A DNA stretch of 64,000 bases from a virus, in IMG/VR virus record IMGVR_UViG_3300032431_000008, positions 74 to 64,073 of that record. One strand, 5' to 3'. A program made the translations under genes and the position numbers. Shown one piece after another: positions 1 through 9,284 of this stretch (positions within the stretch are counted from its first letter, which is position 1; each line of letters begins with the position of its first letter). The notes under the pieces were generated by a model, which was not told the DNA's origin, made no database searches, and saw nothing but the letters and a program-made list of their open reading frames with translations.

Positions 1-67
1 TTGGCGGGCATCACTTTCTTGATCGCGGGCAGATTATCAGGGCGGACACGTTTCGAGAGTTGGTGCA
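1..67. repeat. Terminal overlap, copy 1 (circular junction)
   Basis: 1-67 matches 63934-64000 except position 55 (G) vs 63988 (C). Confidence 0.97.
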
Positions 68-533
68 GGCGATACAAGATTATCGCGTTTCCAACTCATG
101 GCCGCTGGGTGATCCAGAAGCCGATGTGCTTGAGCACTACGCCAAGGTTGCCCCATGGCTGGTTGTGGAAGATGGAGAGCCTGTTAAGGCGCGGGGTATT
201 CCTGAGCACGTTAAGCCTTTGTTTATTTGGTTAAACGACGTTAAGCAGAGTGGGGGCACAGGGCTTTGCACGAAGGCGGAGGCGAAAGAGCGTTGGGCGG
301 GGTGTGTTGGCTGTAAGTATTCGTCGGAAATAGATTGGGACTACTCGCCAGAAACCAGCAAGATGCAGGTGGATGCGGCTATTATACGCAGGATGCAGAA
401 GAGCCCGGTGGAGAACTCGTATTGTCGCCTGCACAAGTGGGCAACGGGTGTGGCGGTGTTCCTTGCCAAGCAAAAGGTGAGCCCTGCGAATAAGGAGCGT
501 TCACCGGATGGTTGCTTTGTGCTTAAACTTTAG
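1..533 (+). CDS. Hypothetical Cys-containing protein; 3' part of an ORF starting at 63897 across the junction
   Basis: ATG at 63897 overlaps the terminase stop and reads MMRYNENAQRRPIGGHHFLDRGQIIRADTF(P/R)ELVQAIQDY into ORF 60..533. Confidence 0.8.
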   Translation, partial: GGHHFLDRGQIIRADTFRELVQAIQDYRVSNSWPLGDPEADVLEHYAKVAPWLVVEDGEPVKARGIPEHVKPLFIWLNDVKQSGGTGLCTKAEAKERWAGCVGCKYSSEIDWDYSPETSKMQVDAAIIRRMQKSPVENSYCRLHKWATGVAVFLAKQKVSPANKERSPDGCFVLKL

Positions 534-768
534 TCGGCGTCGCCCAATGGTTTGCCATAAAATCAAGCAGATGCAGCTCGTCATCGCCCATCGTAGGACG
601 GCCCGCTTTTTTGGCATCGGCGCGACTCATGTTTACGCAGTCGTGGACTGTGGCGCGGCATTCTATGTGAGCGTCTAGGTCGTTGCCTTCTGGCCCGCAG
701 GCAAGACGGGGCTCTACCCATTCAAGTTTTAGGGTGTGTCGCTGTTCTAGCATTTGTTCAGTAGTCAT
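523..768 (-). CDS. Hypothetical protein
   Basis: ORF track; part of a tightly packed minus-strand operon. Confidence 0.6.
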   Translation of the reverse strand: MTTEQMLEQRHTLKLEWVEPRLACGPEGNDLDAHIECRATVHDCVNMSRADAKKAGRPTMGDDELHLLDFMANHWATPTKV

Positions 769-775
769 GTGGTGG

Positions 776-940
776 TTAAGCTTTAGGTAGCCGCCTAGTA
801 ATCTCGCGTCGAATCGCCGAAGCTGCGCGCACCGCCGCGTCGCTGTCCGAGGCTTTGGCCCTGCGGTATGCGGCTGCTAGTTCATCGGCTGATAGTGAGG
901 CCAAGAGTTCGGCGGTAAAGGTTTGGTCATTTGTGTTCAT
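776..940 (-). CDS. Small hypothetical protein (54 aa, MNTNDQTF...RRLPKA)
   Basis: Hand-translated; fills the gap between neighbouring ORFs. Confidence 0.55.
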   Translation of the reverse strand: MNTNDQTFTAELLASLSADELAAAYRRAKASDSDAAVRAASAIRREITRRLPKA

Positions 941-952
941 GGTGTGAGTAGG

Positions 953-1345
953 CTATGGCTTTATTTGGTCAGGATTGTAGCTGGCGAGGTGTTCTGCGAA
1001 TGCGTTTGGCGGTAGCCCGCAAAACTCGGTAATCGTCCTTGGCGGCGAGCACTTGGCCCGCAGCATGTCGCCTAGCTCGGTGATTGACCGGATGCCCCAT
1101 TTGTCGCCTTCGACGGCGTGCTCGTCGTAGCCGATCTGACGGCAAAGGTTCTGCAAGTGGGTGTGGTCGTGAGCCCAATCATCGCACTCGTTCTTGATAA
1201 TCTTTTTGAGGTCTGCGATTTGGGCGCGGAGGCGTGCCCTTTCGCTTTCCCATTGTGAAAGCATGTGGTTGTGCTCGGCGGCGGATACGACGAGGCCAGG
1301 GCCGTCTTGTTGGTGGATGAGGAGGCCGTCGGGGGTGGTGGTCAT
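953..1345 (-). CDS. Hypothetical protein
   Basis: ORF track, operon packing. Confidence 0.65.
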   Translation of the reverse strand: MTTTPDGLLIHQQDGPGLVVSAAEHNHMLSQWESERARLRAQIADLKKIIKNECDDWAHDHTHLQNLCRQIGYDEHAVEGDKWGIRSITELGDMLRAKCSPPRTITEFCGLPPNAFAEHLASYNPDQIKP

Positions 1346-1356
1346 GGCTGATTATG

Positions 1357-1545
1357 TTATTTAGTGTCTTTCCAAGGTTTGGAATACGCTTCGAGCATTC
1401 CTCCGCCGATAGAGCGAACTTTGATTTCGCGTAAAGATCCGTTCAGGAAGAAGGTGCGGTCGCGCTTGTCCAAAAACTGTTTCCATTCTTTGCGGGTTAG
1501 CGTAGTTGTAGCGGCTGGCATTGAATAAATATGATTAATGTTCAT
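1357..1545 (-). CDS. Hypothetical protein
   Basis: ORF track, operon packing. Confidence 0.55.
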   Translation of the reverse strand: MNINHIYSMPAATTTLTRKEWKQFLDKRDRTFFLNGSLREIKVRSIGGGMLEAYSKPWKDTK

Positions 1546-1555
1546 GCGCGGGTGC

Positions 1556-1924
1556 TCACTTTCTTACCCCCACTGAAAGTAACGCGGCTATGTCCCGCAA
1601 GGTTTGCAGCGGTAAATCGAGGGGGCCATGAGCAGCAAACTTAGCTCGTATGTCCACTGTTAGCCATGTTGTTTCTCGCTCAATGGCGTATTCCTCCTTT
1701 GTCTCGTAGAGCGCGCTAGACGCCAAGCAGTCGGTGACTTCGTTCCATGTATCTAGGTGATGCTTTACGGCAAAACGCCCGCTGCATCCGGGGTGCTCAC
1801 ACTCAAAGTATTTTCGCCCGACTAGCGAGACGCGAACGGGCGTTAGAATTTGAGGGGAGCGGCGAGCGGCATTGCCGACGTTAAGCGAAAATAGGGTTTC
1901 ACCCAAGATAGGTTTTCTTTTCAT
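1556..1924 (-). CDS. Hypothetical phage protein
   Basis: ORF track, operon packing. Confidence 0.65.
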   Translation of the reverse strand: MKRKPILGETLFSLNVGNAARRSPQILTPVRVSLVGRKYFECEHPGCSGRFAVKHHLDTWNEVTDCLASSALYETKEEYAIERETTWLTVDIRAKFAAHGPLDLPLQTLRDIAALLSVGVRK

Positions 1925-2064
1925 GTGCGTGTAGGTTTTAGTTCTTGCCGTGGTTCAACGGACAGTGGATAGATTTCAGTTGAGAGAAAGGGGAAGTGCG
2001 GGGTTTATAGGTTCTCCTCGAAAAGTTCAACCCTAGGGACGTAACACTTCTAAACGTCCTCTCA

Positions 2065-2271
2065 CTATTTTACGTTGGTGAACTGGCCATTGGGTAAGCG
2101 GCGAAGCTTAACCTTCATTCGTTTACCGTCGAAGATTTGCCGGTCAACCCAAGCGGTGTCGTAGCCTTTCTGGTATGCCTCTTGCAGTTTGATTTTGACG
2201 ATTACCCAAATTACCAAGGACGCGGTTGTTGGGAAGACGACTATCAGAAAGAATAGCATTTCTTTGGACAT
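2065..2271 (-). CDS. Small membrane protein
   Basis: N-terminal hydrophobic helix; conserved upstream motif at 2303-2316. Confidence 0.6.
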   Translation of the reverse strand: MSKEMLFFLIVVFPTTASLVIWVIVKIKLQEAYQKGYDTAWVDRQIFDGKRMKVKLRRLPNGQFTNVK

Positions 2272-2323
2272 GGCGTAGGGATAAGCTGGTGTGGTTGGTG
2301 GCGTAAAGGAAGTAAGCGAAAAA

Positions 2324-3676
2324 TCACCCGCAGTAATTGTCGAAGCGGGTTATCGTGTTGGAAAAAGCGAGGTTCACGTCGCCTACCTCCCCATTGCGGT
2401 TCTTGTTAATCATTAGCCCCATCAGGTTAGATGCGGTCTGGAACTCGTCGCCTTCTGCTTTGGGCCGGTAGAGCATCATCACCACGTCGGCATCCTGTTC
2501 AATTGCGCCGGACTCGCGCAGGTCGGACAGGCGGGGCTTGCGGTCGCCTTTCTCGGAATCGCGGTTAAGCTGGGCAAGGACCATAACGGGGATGTTCAGT
2601 TCCTTGGCCAATGCCTTGAGCCCCTTGGAAGCTTCGGCAACCTGTTGCTCACGGGGCGAGCGGGGATTGGCGGGGGCGATGAGCTGCATGTAGTCAACCA
2701 CGATAAGGGAGAGCGGTTTCTTGGCGTGGAGCCTGCGGGCCTTGGCGCGGATCTGCATCACGGTGGGACTGGAAGCCTCGTCAATGTAGAGCCGGGACGC
2801 CATAAACTCTTTCTCGGCTGCTTCCAGGCTGTTCAGGTCGGAGGCGGAAAGCATGCCAGCGCGAATCATTTTCTGGTTCACGCGCGCTCGGGATGAGGCC
2901 AAGCGTTTTCCAAGTTCTACGGCGGACATTTCCATGGAGAAGACGAGGCAGTTTCCTTGGGCTTTACGGCCATGGAGCGGTAAGGCTACGGCTTCGGCTA
3001 TGTTCATGGCGAGGGAGGTCTTTCCGCAGGAAGGACGGCCTGCCAGAACTATCATTTCAGACCCCTTCATACCCCAAAGGATTTGGTCAATGTCTTTAAG
3101 GCCGGTGGAAAGGCCGGTCATGGCTCCCTTGTCCTTGGCCATTTGCTTAAAGGTGGCAACGGCTGCGGACACGCAGGCACCTGCATGTTCAGCCCCGTCT
3201 TGAACGCGGGTCTGTGTGACGGCAAATATGTCGGACTCGATTTTATCCACGAACTCGGCAATGTTTCCGGTGTAGCTGTAACAGCCTTCTACGCCTGCGG
3301 TGCATACACGGATCATCTCGCGCAGTAGGGCAAGTTCCCGGACTTTCTCGATGAAGTAGGACACGCCTGCCGTGGTGGGGACGCGCCCGCTTATGCGGGT
3401 AAGGTAGGCGTAGCCGCCAATTTCATCTAGCTGCTTGGAAGTTTTGAGTTCTTCGGCTAGAACGGAAACGTCAATGAACTTGGCTGTGTTATAGATTTCA
3501 AGGAGTTTTTCGTAGCAGACGCGGTTGGCCGGGATTAGAAAGTCAGTGGGGGCAACCTTGCTTTCGATGCACTTGGAGATTACGTCCGCGCCGTCCAGTA
3601 AGCAGGCGGAAAGCAACTGCTCTTCGGCCTCAACGGAATGGGGGGGGACGCGGCCTAGGTTGGATTGTTGGGTCAT
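2324..3676 (-). CDS. dnaB: Replicative DNA helicase
   Basis: PPHSVEAEE N-terminus, Walker A GRPSCGKT, VDYMQL, LAQLNR, LSDLRESGAIEQDAD, KNRNG. Confidence 0.98.
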   Translation of the reverse strand: MTQQSNLGRVPPHSVEAEEQLLSACLLDGADVISKCIESKVAPTDFLIPANRVCYEKLLEIYNTAKFIDVSVLAEELKTSKQLDEIGGYAYLTRISGRVPTTAGVSYFIEKVRELALLREMIRVCTAGVEGCYSYTGNIAEFVDKIESDIFAVTQTRVQDGAEHAGACVSAAVATFKQMAKDKGAMTGLSTGLKDIDQILWGMKGSEMIVLAGRPSCGKTSLAMNIAEAVALPLHGRKAQGNCLVFSMEMSAVELGKRLASSRARVNQKMIRAGMLSASDLNSLEAAEKEFMASRLYIDEASSPTVMQIRAKARRLHAKKPLSLIVVDYMQLIAPANPRSPREQQVAEASKGLKALAKELNIPVMVLAQLNRDSEKGDRKPRLSDLRESGAIEQDADVVMMLYRPKAEGDEFQTASNLMGLMINKNRNGEVGDVNLAFSNTITRFDNYCG

Positions 3677-3921
3677 GGGCGGGTGGTGGTGGTTAAACGG
3701 GGCAAAACCTCACTTATAGTTGTTGTTTTGACTACGCGATAATTTGAGCATACTTTTGTATGATCGGAATCACGATACTGCTTTTCCTTTTCTCGGACAT
3801 AGCTCAGGCTTTCGCTGGAGCAGATTAGCCGCCATACGCCTTCGGAAATTTCTCCATGTAAGTCATAGATAACGTCAACGTCTGTTGACGCAGGTTGGGG
3901 GTTTTGAGCTGTGGTTGGCAT
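3673..3921 (-). CDS. Hypothetical protein
   Basis: Overlaps the DnaB start by 4 nt. Confidence 0.55.
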   Translation of the reverse strand: MPTTAQNPQPASTDVDVIYDLHGEISEGVWRLICSSESLSYVREKEKQYRDSDHTKVCSNYRVVKTTTISEVLPRLTTTTRP

Positions 3922-3926
3922 TTTGA

Positions 3927-5030
3927 TTAAGCGACGGAGGCAAAGTTAGTGGCCTTAGAGCGATTCATTGAGCTTATGAGGCTGTCCTGATGCTCTCGGG
4001 GAATAACAGGCCAAGGAAGGGCTGCGTTGGGCATTCCAGGGGCATAAGGGCAGGTCGGCATATCGGAGGCTACAAATTCACGCCAGTTTGCGGGTTCGGG
4101 CAAGCAAGTAAGCGGTTTTGGCGGGGATTGGTAGGATGACGGATTTTGCTTAAACCAAGAACGGGCCTTGTCGATCTCGCCATTCCAGTTATTTACGAGG
4201 GCGGCTAGGTGGTGGCGGGAAAAGGTCTGATCCTGCGGAAGCTTGTAAAAGCGTTCAAGCAATACCCAATCCTCTTCGGGCGTGGCTGAGATGGCAGCTT
4301 TGCTGTTTCGGAACGCGGTTAGCTCATTCTTGGTCGCTGGCGTGGCGGGGCGGCGATTCACCAAGGCTTCGGCGCGAAGTTGTAGCGGGCCTTTGGCGGG
4401 GTCGGGCTTGTCGGGCTTGTCGGGCTTTGGCGGCTTGGGTGCTTGGGGCTTGGCTTCAACGAGAGGGGGGGGAAGCGGGGAACCCGCGCTTGTCTTTCTC
4501 TCTGTCTTAGAAGCCTCTGAATCTGCATTATCTGCTTTTCTATCTGTGTCTGCTATATGCACTCCAACCATTACATCACCGTTACCAACCATTACATGAG
4601 CGTTACCAACCGTTACATCACCGTTACCAACCGTTACATCGGGTGACTGATCGGGCAACGCATTCCTTACCCTGTATCGCTTAACCCGTTCAGCGTTGGC
4701 GACTTTAGCATCCTCCCTGCTTGCCATGTTGCGATACTTGGCGTGATTGAGTAATTCCCATCCTCCTGCAATAACACCAATGCGGCGACCTTCTTGATCG
4801 GGAGTGCGGGAGTATTTGTCTGGTGCGAGAAATTTATTTACGGCTTCTTCGCAGCATTCAATGGGCACGTTTGCCACTCGGGCGAGTCCGGGAATTGAGG
4901 CGTGAACCTCACCGTGCTGATCTGCTAGGGCAAGCATGGTGATCCATACGATGCGCGTTTCATGGGCCTCACTCCAGATGGTTGAGGTAATAATTGAATC
5001 GAACAGTTTTGTGTAGTTGGGCATATTCAT
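3927..5030 (-). CDS. Phage replication initiator / replisome organiser
   Basis: N-terminal YTKLFDSIITSTIW...VWITMLALAD...SIPGLARVA winged-helix type; internal tandem repeats; upstream of DnaB. Confidence 0.75.
   Translation of the reverse strand: MNMPNYTKLFDSIITSTIWSEAHETRIVWITMLALADQHGEVHASIPGLARVANVPIECCEEAVNKFLAPDKYSRTPDQEGRRIGVIAGGWELLNHAKYRNMASREDAKVANAERVKRYRVRNALPDQSPDVTVGNGDVTVGNAHVMVGNGDVMVGVHIADTDRKADNADSEASKTERKTSAGSPLPPPLVEAKPQAPKPPKPDKPDKPDPAKGPLQLRAEALVNRRPATPATKNELTAFRNSKAAISATPEEDWVLLERFYKLPQDQTFSRHHLAALVNNWNGEIDKARSWFKQNPSSYQSPPKPLTCLPEPANWREFVASDMPTCPYAPGMPNAALPWPVIPREHQDSLISSMNRSKATNFASVA
4564..4640. repeat. Four 21-bp tandem repeats (iteron-like, candidate origin)
   Basis: CCAACC(A/G)TTACAT(CAC/GAG)CGTTA starting at 4564, 4585, 4606 and 4627 (last partial), inside the initiator gene. 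Confidence 0.7.
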
Positions 5031-5078
5031 TTCATGTAATGGTCAAGCATTACGGTCAAGCAAGGAAGTGAGCAAAAA

Positions 5079-5804
5079 TTAAAGTAAGGTTGTCTGCGCG
5101 GTTTCGCGGGCGATGCGCTCTTTAGCCGCTGCAAAATAGTCCGCGTCGATTTCGCAGGCGGTCAGGTGCATCCCGGCGCAGTGGGCTGCAATGGCGTGCG
5201 AGCCCGATCCAAGGTGCGTATCTAGGATGCGTTGGCCGGGGATGGCGTAGTTGGCGAGAAGCCAGCGGTAGAGAGCGACCGGCTTTTGGGTCGGGTGGAT
5301 TCTTTTCTCCTTGTTACTCATGTCTCCTTGGAGCATTCCATTCCAGCGATACCTAAAGCAATCAATTCTAAGCCCGAATGAATGGCTGGCCAGCTCGCAT
5401 TTACTGAAAGTGCTAGAATCGTTTTCTTTGTCCCAAACAATCCGACCAACACTAGCGATGTGTTTTGCGTAATAATTGCACCCCCATATAATTTGATTTT
5501 TAGAAACTCGGGCAACCTCATTAAAGTATTCTGCATCTGGAACATGCCAATTTTTTTGTTTGGTTGGGAAACGAGTTATTCCTTTTTTGGTGGTATCCGC
5601 GCCTGCATAATTTGGCTTTCCGTATTCTGCAAAATAAGGCGGGTCAGTTATAGCCAGGTCAAAATGGTTATCGGGATAGCGAGCCATAAGCTCCATGCAG
5701 TCCTCGCAGCTTAGGTTGAGTGAGCCAACGGCAACGGCGGCATGGCGGGGAGTGGCTTCCGCGCCGTTGCTTTCAAGGGAAAAGGTTTCAGTAGTGGTAT
5801 TCAT
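5079..5804 (-). CDS. N6A/N4C DNA methyltransferase, beta class
   Basis: ITDPPY (motif IV) precedes HPTQKP and ILDTHLGSGS (motif I). Confidence 0.93.
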   Translation of the reverse strand: MNTTTETFSLESNGAEATPRHAAVAVGSLNLSCEDCMELMARYPDNHFDLAITDPPYFAEYGKPNYAGADTTKKGITRFPTKQKNWHVPDAEYFNEVARVSKNQIIWGCNYYAKHIASVGRIVWDKENDSSTFSKCELASHSFGLRIDCFRYRWNGMLQGDMSNKEKRIHPTQKPVALYRWLLANYAIPGQRILDTHLGSGSHAIAAHCAGMHLTACEIDADYFAAAKERIARETAQTTLL

Positions 5805-5857
5805 GGTTTGTGCGTGGGAGGCAAAGTTCTTAACTTACTTTCGTAGAATAATGCTTT

Positions 5858-5872
5858 GTCAAACAAGTAAGC
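5858..5872 (-). promoter_or_regulatory. Recurrent upstream motif CTTACTT-NN-TTGAC (putative promoter)
   Basis: Minus strand GCTTACTTGTTTGAC; about 10 related copies upstream of genes. Confidence 0.55.
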
Positions 5873-6062
5873 CTTGCACGTTTCTTTAACGTAGGCACGC
5901 AAGTTTTCGCCCGTTTTGCCTACGGTAAACTCGGTTAAACAGCGATATTCCCCAATATTCCCCGCGATTACGGCAATGTCCGCGTGAAACTCACAAAAAG
6001 CTAGGGCGTGATTAAAAAAGATTTGACTACGTGTTTAGCCATTCCCAAGGTCTGCTTAACAA

Positions 6063-8120
6063 ATGAAAGACGATTTTCTCGATGATGGCGACGGCGGGGC
6101 AAGCGACGACATGGGCAATGGCCCGGACTTGGAGGCTGGCAAAAAGATTGAAGAGGGGCGCGTCGTTACAAGCGGCAAGCAAGCCTTCGACATTTGCGAA
6201 CGGCTAGTGCAGGATTGGGACAAGGGCGTGTCTCATGCTGCCGCGATTACGAGCAAGCTGAACGGGGACCGCCCTTACAACGCCCGCACCCTTAAGAACC
6301 AAGGCAAGGCTTGGAAGACCAATATCTCCACAGGCTTCCTCTCGACTGAGTGTAATAAGATTCCCCCGCGCTTCTACATGCCGGTGTGTCAGGCCAAGTA
6401 TCTGACAGCCGCGCAACTGCCAATTGGCTGGCCAAACGGAATTGAGAAGGATCAGTTCTTCCGCTCGGCAATCACTGAGGCCATTCGCTCTTGGAAGAAG
6501 TGGAATTTTTTCATTCGTGGGTTGTCCCGCGAGGTCGGCATTTTTGGCGTAGGCTATGCGGCCTACTTTGACAAGTATGAGTGGCGTCCGTCACTGGTCC
6601 GCATGGACAAGGGCTTTGTGCCCACTGGCACGGAAATCATGGACGAGGACATTGGGTTTTTCTGTGTGAAGTGGGACTACAAGCCTGGTGAGCTGATTGC
6701 GCTTCTTCGGAAGAACAAGGAGGCCGGGTTAAAGGAATGGGACGAGGACTCGGTAGTTGAGGCGGTCAATGAGGCTTCGCCTGTGGCAGCGGATCAGTCC
6801 CGTTCTGAGGAGCGTTCTTACGAGGAGCTTATTCGCCAGTCGGTTGAGAGCTATTCCTACGCAAAGGGGAGCAAGCTGGTGAAGACCTATCACCTATTCG
6901 CCCGTGAGTTTAGCGGCAAGGTAAGCCATTACATCATCTTGCGGGACAGTAAGGGTGATTCTATGAAAATCCTCTACCGCAAAGAGGATGCCTATGACTC
7001 CATGAATTACGTGTGTGTGCCCATGGTGTTTGACTATGGCGACGGCACGATTCTTGGTAGCTGGGGCGGCGGTCAGATTCTTTTCGACATGTCTATCCAA
7101 GTGGAGAAGATTCGTAACGATTCGATTGATAACTTACGCAACCAGAACAAGCTAAAGATTCAAGTAGCCGAGGCCAAGGACGCCAATGCGGTTAAGCTAC
7201 TGGTCAATGACACGATGATGATTGTGTCGGGCGGGACGTTCAATGGTGCGGCTGCGGCCCTACCGCAGAATGTGGAAGCCTACATGAGTCTGGACGTCCA
7301 GATGACGCGGTTGGCGCAGGAAAAGATTGGTGCTTACGTGCCTCCTATTCCCTTGGCCCCATCGGACATTAAGGCTGCACAGGTCAATGCGGCAGTTGCC
7401 AAAGAGCAGGAGATTCAACAGGCATTGTTGGATAACTGGTTAATGCAGGTTGCCGGGTTGATTAACACGATTACGCTTCGTTTAACCGATCCTGATTCGC
7501 CGGATGCGGACGCGAAGAAGCTGCGCGAGAAGTTGCTTACCAAGCTGACTGAGGAAGAGATTGTGATTTACGTCACGCAGCCGAGCATCCAGACGATTCT
7601 CGACTTCACCCCCTTTGCCGCGCAACAGCGTGCGCAGTTTGCCGCGAGCAAGGCCAATAACCCGCTTTACAACCAACGCGCATTGGAGCTGGTGCAAGCG
7701 GAGGCGGCTGGTGGCATGCACTTTGCCGCGAACGTGCTACTGCCGGAAGGCGATCAGTCCATGATTCTCGACGCACAGCGCCAGCAGACCTTGGAGAACG
7801 CCGCCATGATGCTTGGAATGGCCGTTCCAGTCCTTCCCGTGGACAATGATTGGGTTCACGCCCAGGTTGTTGAGTCGGGTATTCCAAACCTGATTCAAGG
7901 TGGCAAGTTGGACATAGCTCAGTTGGCCCTTCAACATTACGCCGCGCACTACATGCAAGGCGTGGCGAAGAAGCAATGGCCCAAAGAAGAGATTAACGGG
8001 AGCAAGAAGAAGATTGCGGACTTCGAGAAGGCTTTGAATGACGCGATGCAGGCGCAGGCACAGCAACAGCAGGCCGAACAGGGTCAGCAAGGGATGCCAC
8101 AGGGTCAGCCAATGGTGTAA
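6063..8120 (+). CDS. Probable portal protein
   Basis: 685 aa, first gene of the structural operon, Q-rich C-terminal tail, upstream of scaffold and MCP. Confidence 0.75.
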   Translation: MKDDFLDDGDGGASDDMGNGPDLEAGKKIEEGRVVTSGKQAFDICERLVQDWDKGVSHAAAITSKLNGDRPYNARTLKNQGKAWKTNISTGFLSTECNKIPPRFYMPVCQAKYLTAAQLPIGWPNGIEKDQFFRSAITEAIRSWKKWNFFIRGLSREVGIFGVGYAAYFDKYEWRPSLVRMDKGFVPTGTEIMDEDIGFFCVKWDYKPGELIALLRKNKEAGLKEWDEDSVVEAVNEASPVAADQSRSEERSYEELIRQSVESYSYAKGSKLVKTYHLFAREFSGKVSHYIILRDSKGDSMKILYRKEDAYDSMNYVCVPMVFDYGDGTILGSWGGGQILFDMSIQVEKIRNDSIDNLRNQNKLKIQVAEAKDANAVKLLVNDTMMIVSGGTFNGAAAALPQNVEAYMSLDVQMTRLAQEKIGAYVPPIPLAPSDIKAAQVNAAVAKEQEIQQALLDNWLMQVAGLINTITLRLTDPDSPDADAKKLREKLLTKLTEEEIVIYVTQPSIQTILDFTPFAAQQRAQFAASKANNPLYNQRALELVQAEAAGGMHFAANVLLPEGDQSMILDAQRQQTLENAAMMLGMAVPVLPVDNDWVHAQVVESGIPNLIQGGKLDIAQLALQHYAAHYMQGVAKKQWPKEEINGSKKKIADFEKALNDAMQAQAQQQQAEQGQQGMPQGQPMV

Positions 8121-8147
8121 GGAACAAACCAATAACAAAAATATACC

Positions 8148-8300
8148 ATGGGCGTCACAACTATCAGTTTTCTCCTGTCACATTCTCTCTTACTATCAGT
8201 AGCTTACGGCCCTGATATTGGGACGGGCGGTCATGCTCTCGTTTTTACTGTCATAAGTATTCTAACTGTCCTGTTTGTTATGTATGCGATTAAGGACTAA
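8148..8300 (+). CDS. Small hydrophobic protein (50 aa)
   Basis: Hand-translated MGVTTISFLLSHSLLLSV...VLFVMYAIKD. Confidence 0.4.
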   Translation: MGVTTISFLLSHSLLLSVAYGPDIGTGGHALVFTVISILTVLFVMYAIKD

Positions 8301-8302
8301 CT

Positions 8303-8743
8303 ATGACAACCACCAATAAAGTTAAGCGAGTGCCCGATAAGATCAGCGCAGAGTTTGAGTTTTACTTGAGTTACCCCACGCCGTTTGCTGAGTTACGCCC
8401 TACGCCTCCTGACCCCGATGGATTCTCGCCGCTTCAATGCTATTACTACCATGATAGCAGGGGGATAGACCTACCTTGTAATGAGCCGGTTGCGCTTAAT
8501 CGGGCGCTCAATGGCAAGAAGGGGATTAACCTGCAAATCCTTATGTGGGTTGAGGGTTGCCTAGAGGGGACATTTTTCCCTTCCGAGTTTTACGACCTTT
8601 GTAAGACTTATCCAGCATGGGTTTGGAAGAGCTTCTTGAACCAGCTACATAAAGAACGCCTTTCCAAGTTCGGATGGATACCAACATTTATGAAGGAAAA
8701 GGGTATTCTTTATCTTTTAGAACCTTACACTTTTAACCAATGA
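8303..8743 (+). CDS. Hypothetical protein
   Basis: ORF track. Confidence 0.6.
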   Translation: MTTTNKVKRVPDKISAEFEFYLSYPTPFAELRPTPPDPDGFSPLQCYYYHDSRGIDLPCNEPVALNRALNGKKGINLQILMWVEGCLEGTFFPSEFYDLCKTYPAWVWKSFLNQLHKERLSKFGWIPTFMKEKGILYLLEPYTFNQ

Positions 8744-9030
8744 CAAACATTATAAAAAACAGATTTCTTAGGTTGGTGCTATGGCTTCGATTCCGTGCTG
8801 CGAATTTACCCATAGTTCCCGCACATCTACGTGCGAAAATATTAGGGGATTCATATCGTATGTTTGATCGGGGATGGCCTGCTCTATCTAAGGATAAAAC
8901 TCCGTATTCGATTAGGTCGGGGGTTCGTGTGGTGTCTAAGATAGAGCTGGATGCTAAAATCCAATCTCTTCCAGATTCTCCCGCTAAATCGGCACTCATT
9001 TCAATGCGTAATACCTGCTATGACAACTGA
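8740..9030 (+). CDS. Hypothetical protein
   Basis: 4-nt overlap with the previous ORF; AT-richer. Confidence 0.5.
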   Translation: MTNIIKNRFLRLVLWLRFRAANLPIVPAHLRAKILGDSYRMFDRGWPALSKDKTPYSIRSGVRVVSKIELDAKIQSLPDSPAKSALISMRNTCYDN

Positions 9031-9271
9031 ACTAAGTAAGAAAGGGAGGATGGCTATTGCCAAATTCCTGACAACTGAGGCGGGTGAGGAGCTAAAAGGC
9101 TTCCTCGCCTACCTCGCGCCGTCCGTGTCGGTTAGCCCCGACGCGCACGTTATGCACTTCACAAGTGGGCAGACCCAAGGATGGGGCCAATGCGTGAAAG
9201 AGCTAGAGAAGCTTTCTACCCTAAAAGGTATGGAAGAGGGCAACGAGACAGATTATCAAATGGAACGCTAG
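9020..9271 (+). CDS. Small protein at the portal-scaffold position
   Basis: Start refined to MTTELSKK; typical position and size. Confidence 0.6.
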   Translation: MTTELSKKGRMAIAKFLTTEAGEELKGFLAYLAPSVSVSPDAHVMHFTSGQTQGWGQCVKELEKLSTLKGMEEGNETDYQMER

Positions 9272-9284
9272 AACCAACAAATTT

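Noticed and set aside
4564-4640. CRISPR array
   Set aside because: Contiguous in-frame tandem repeats with no spacers.
5723-5770. attC remnant in the MTase N-terminus (GCAACGGCG/CGCCGTTGC hairpin)
   Set aside because: Box spacing and L motifs do not fit attC geometry.
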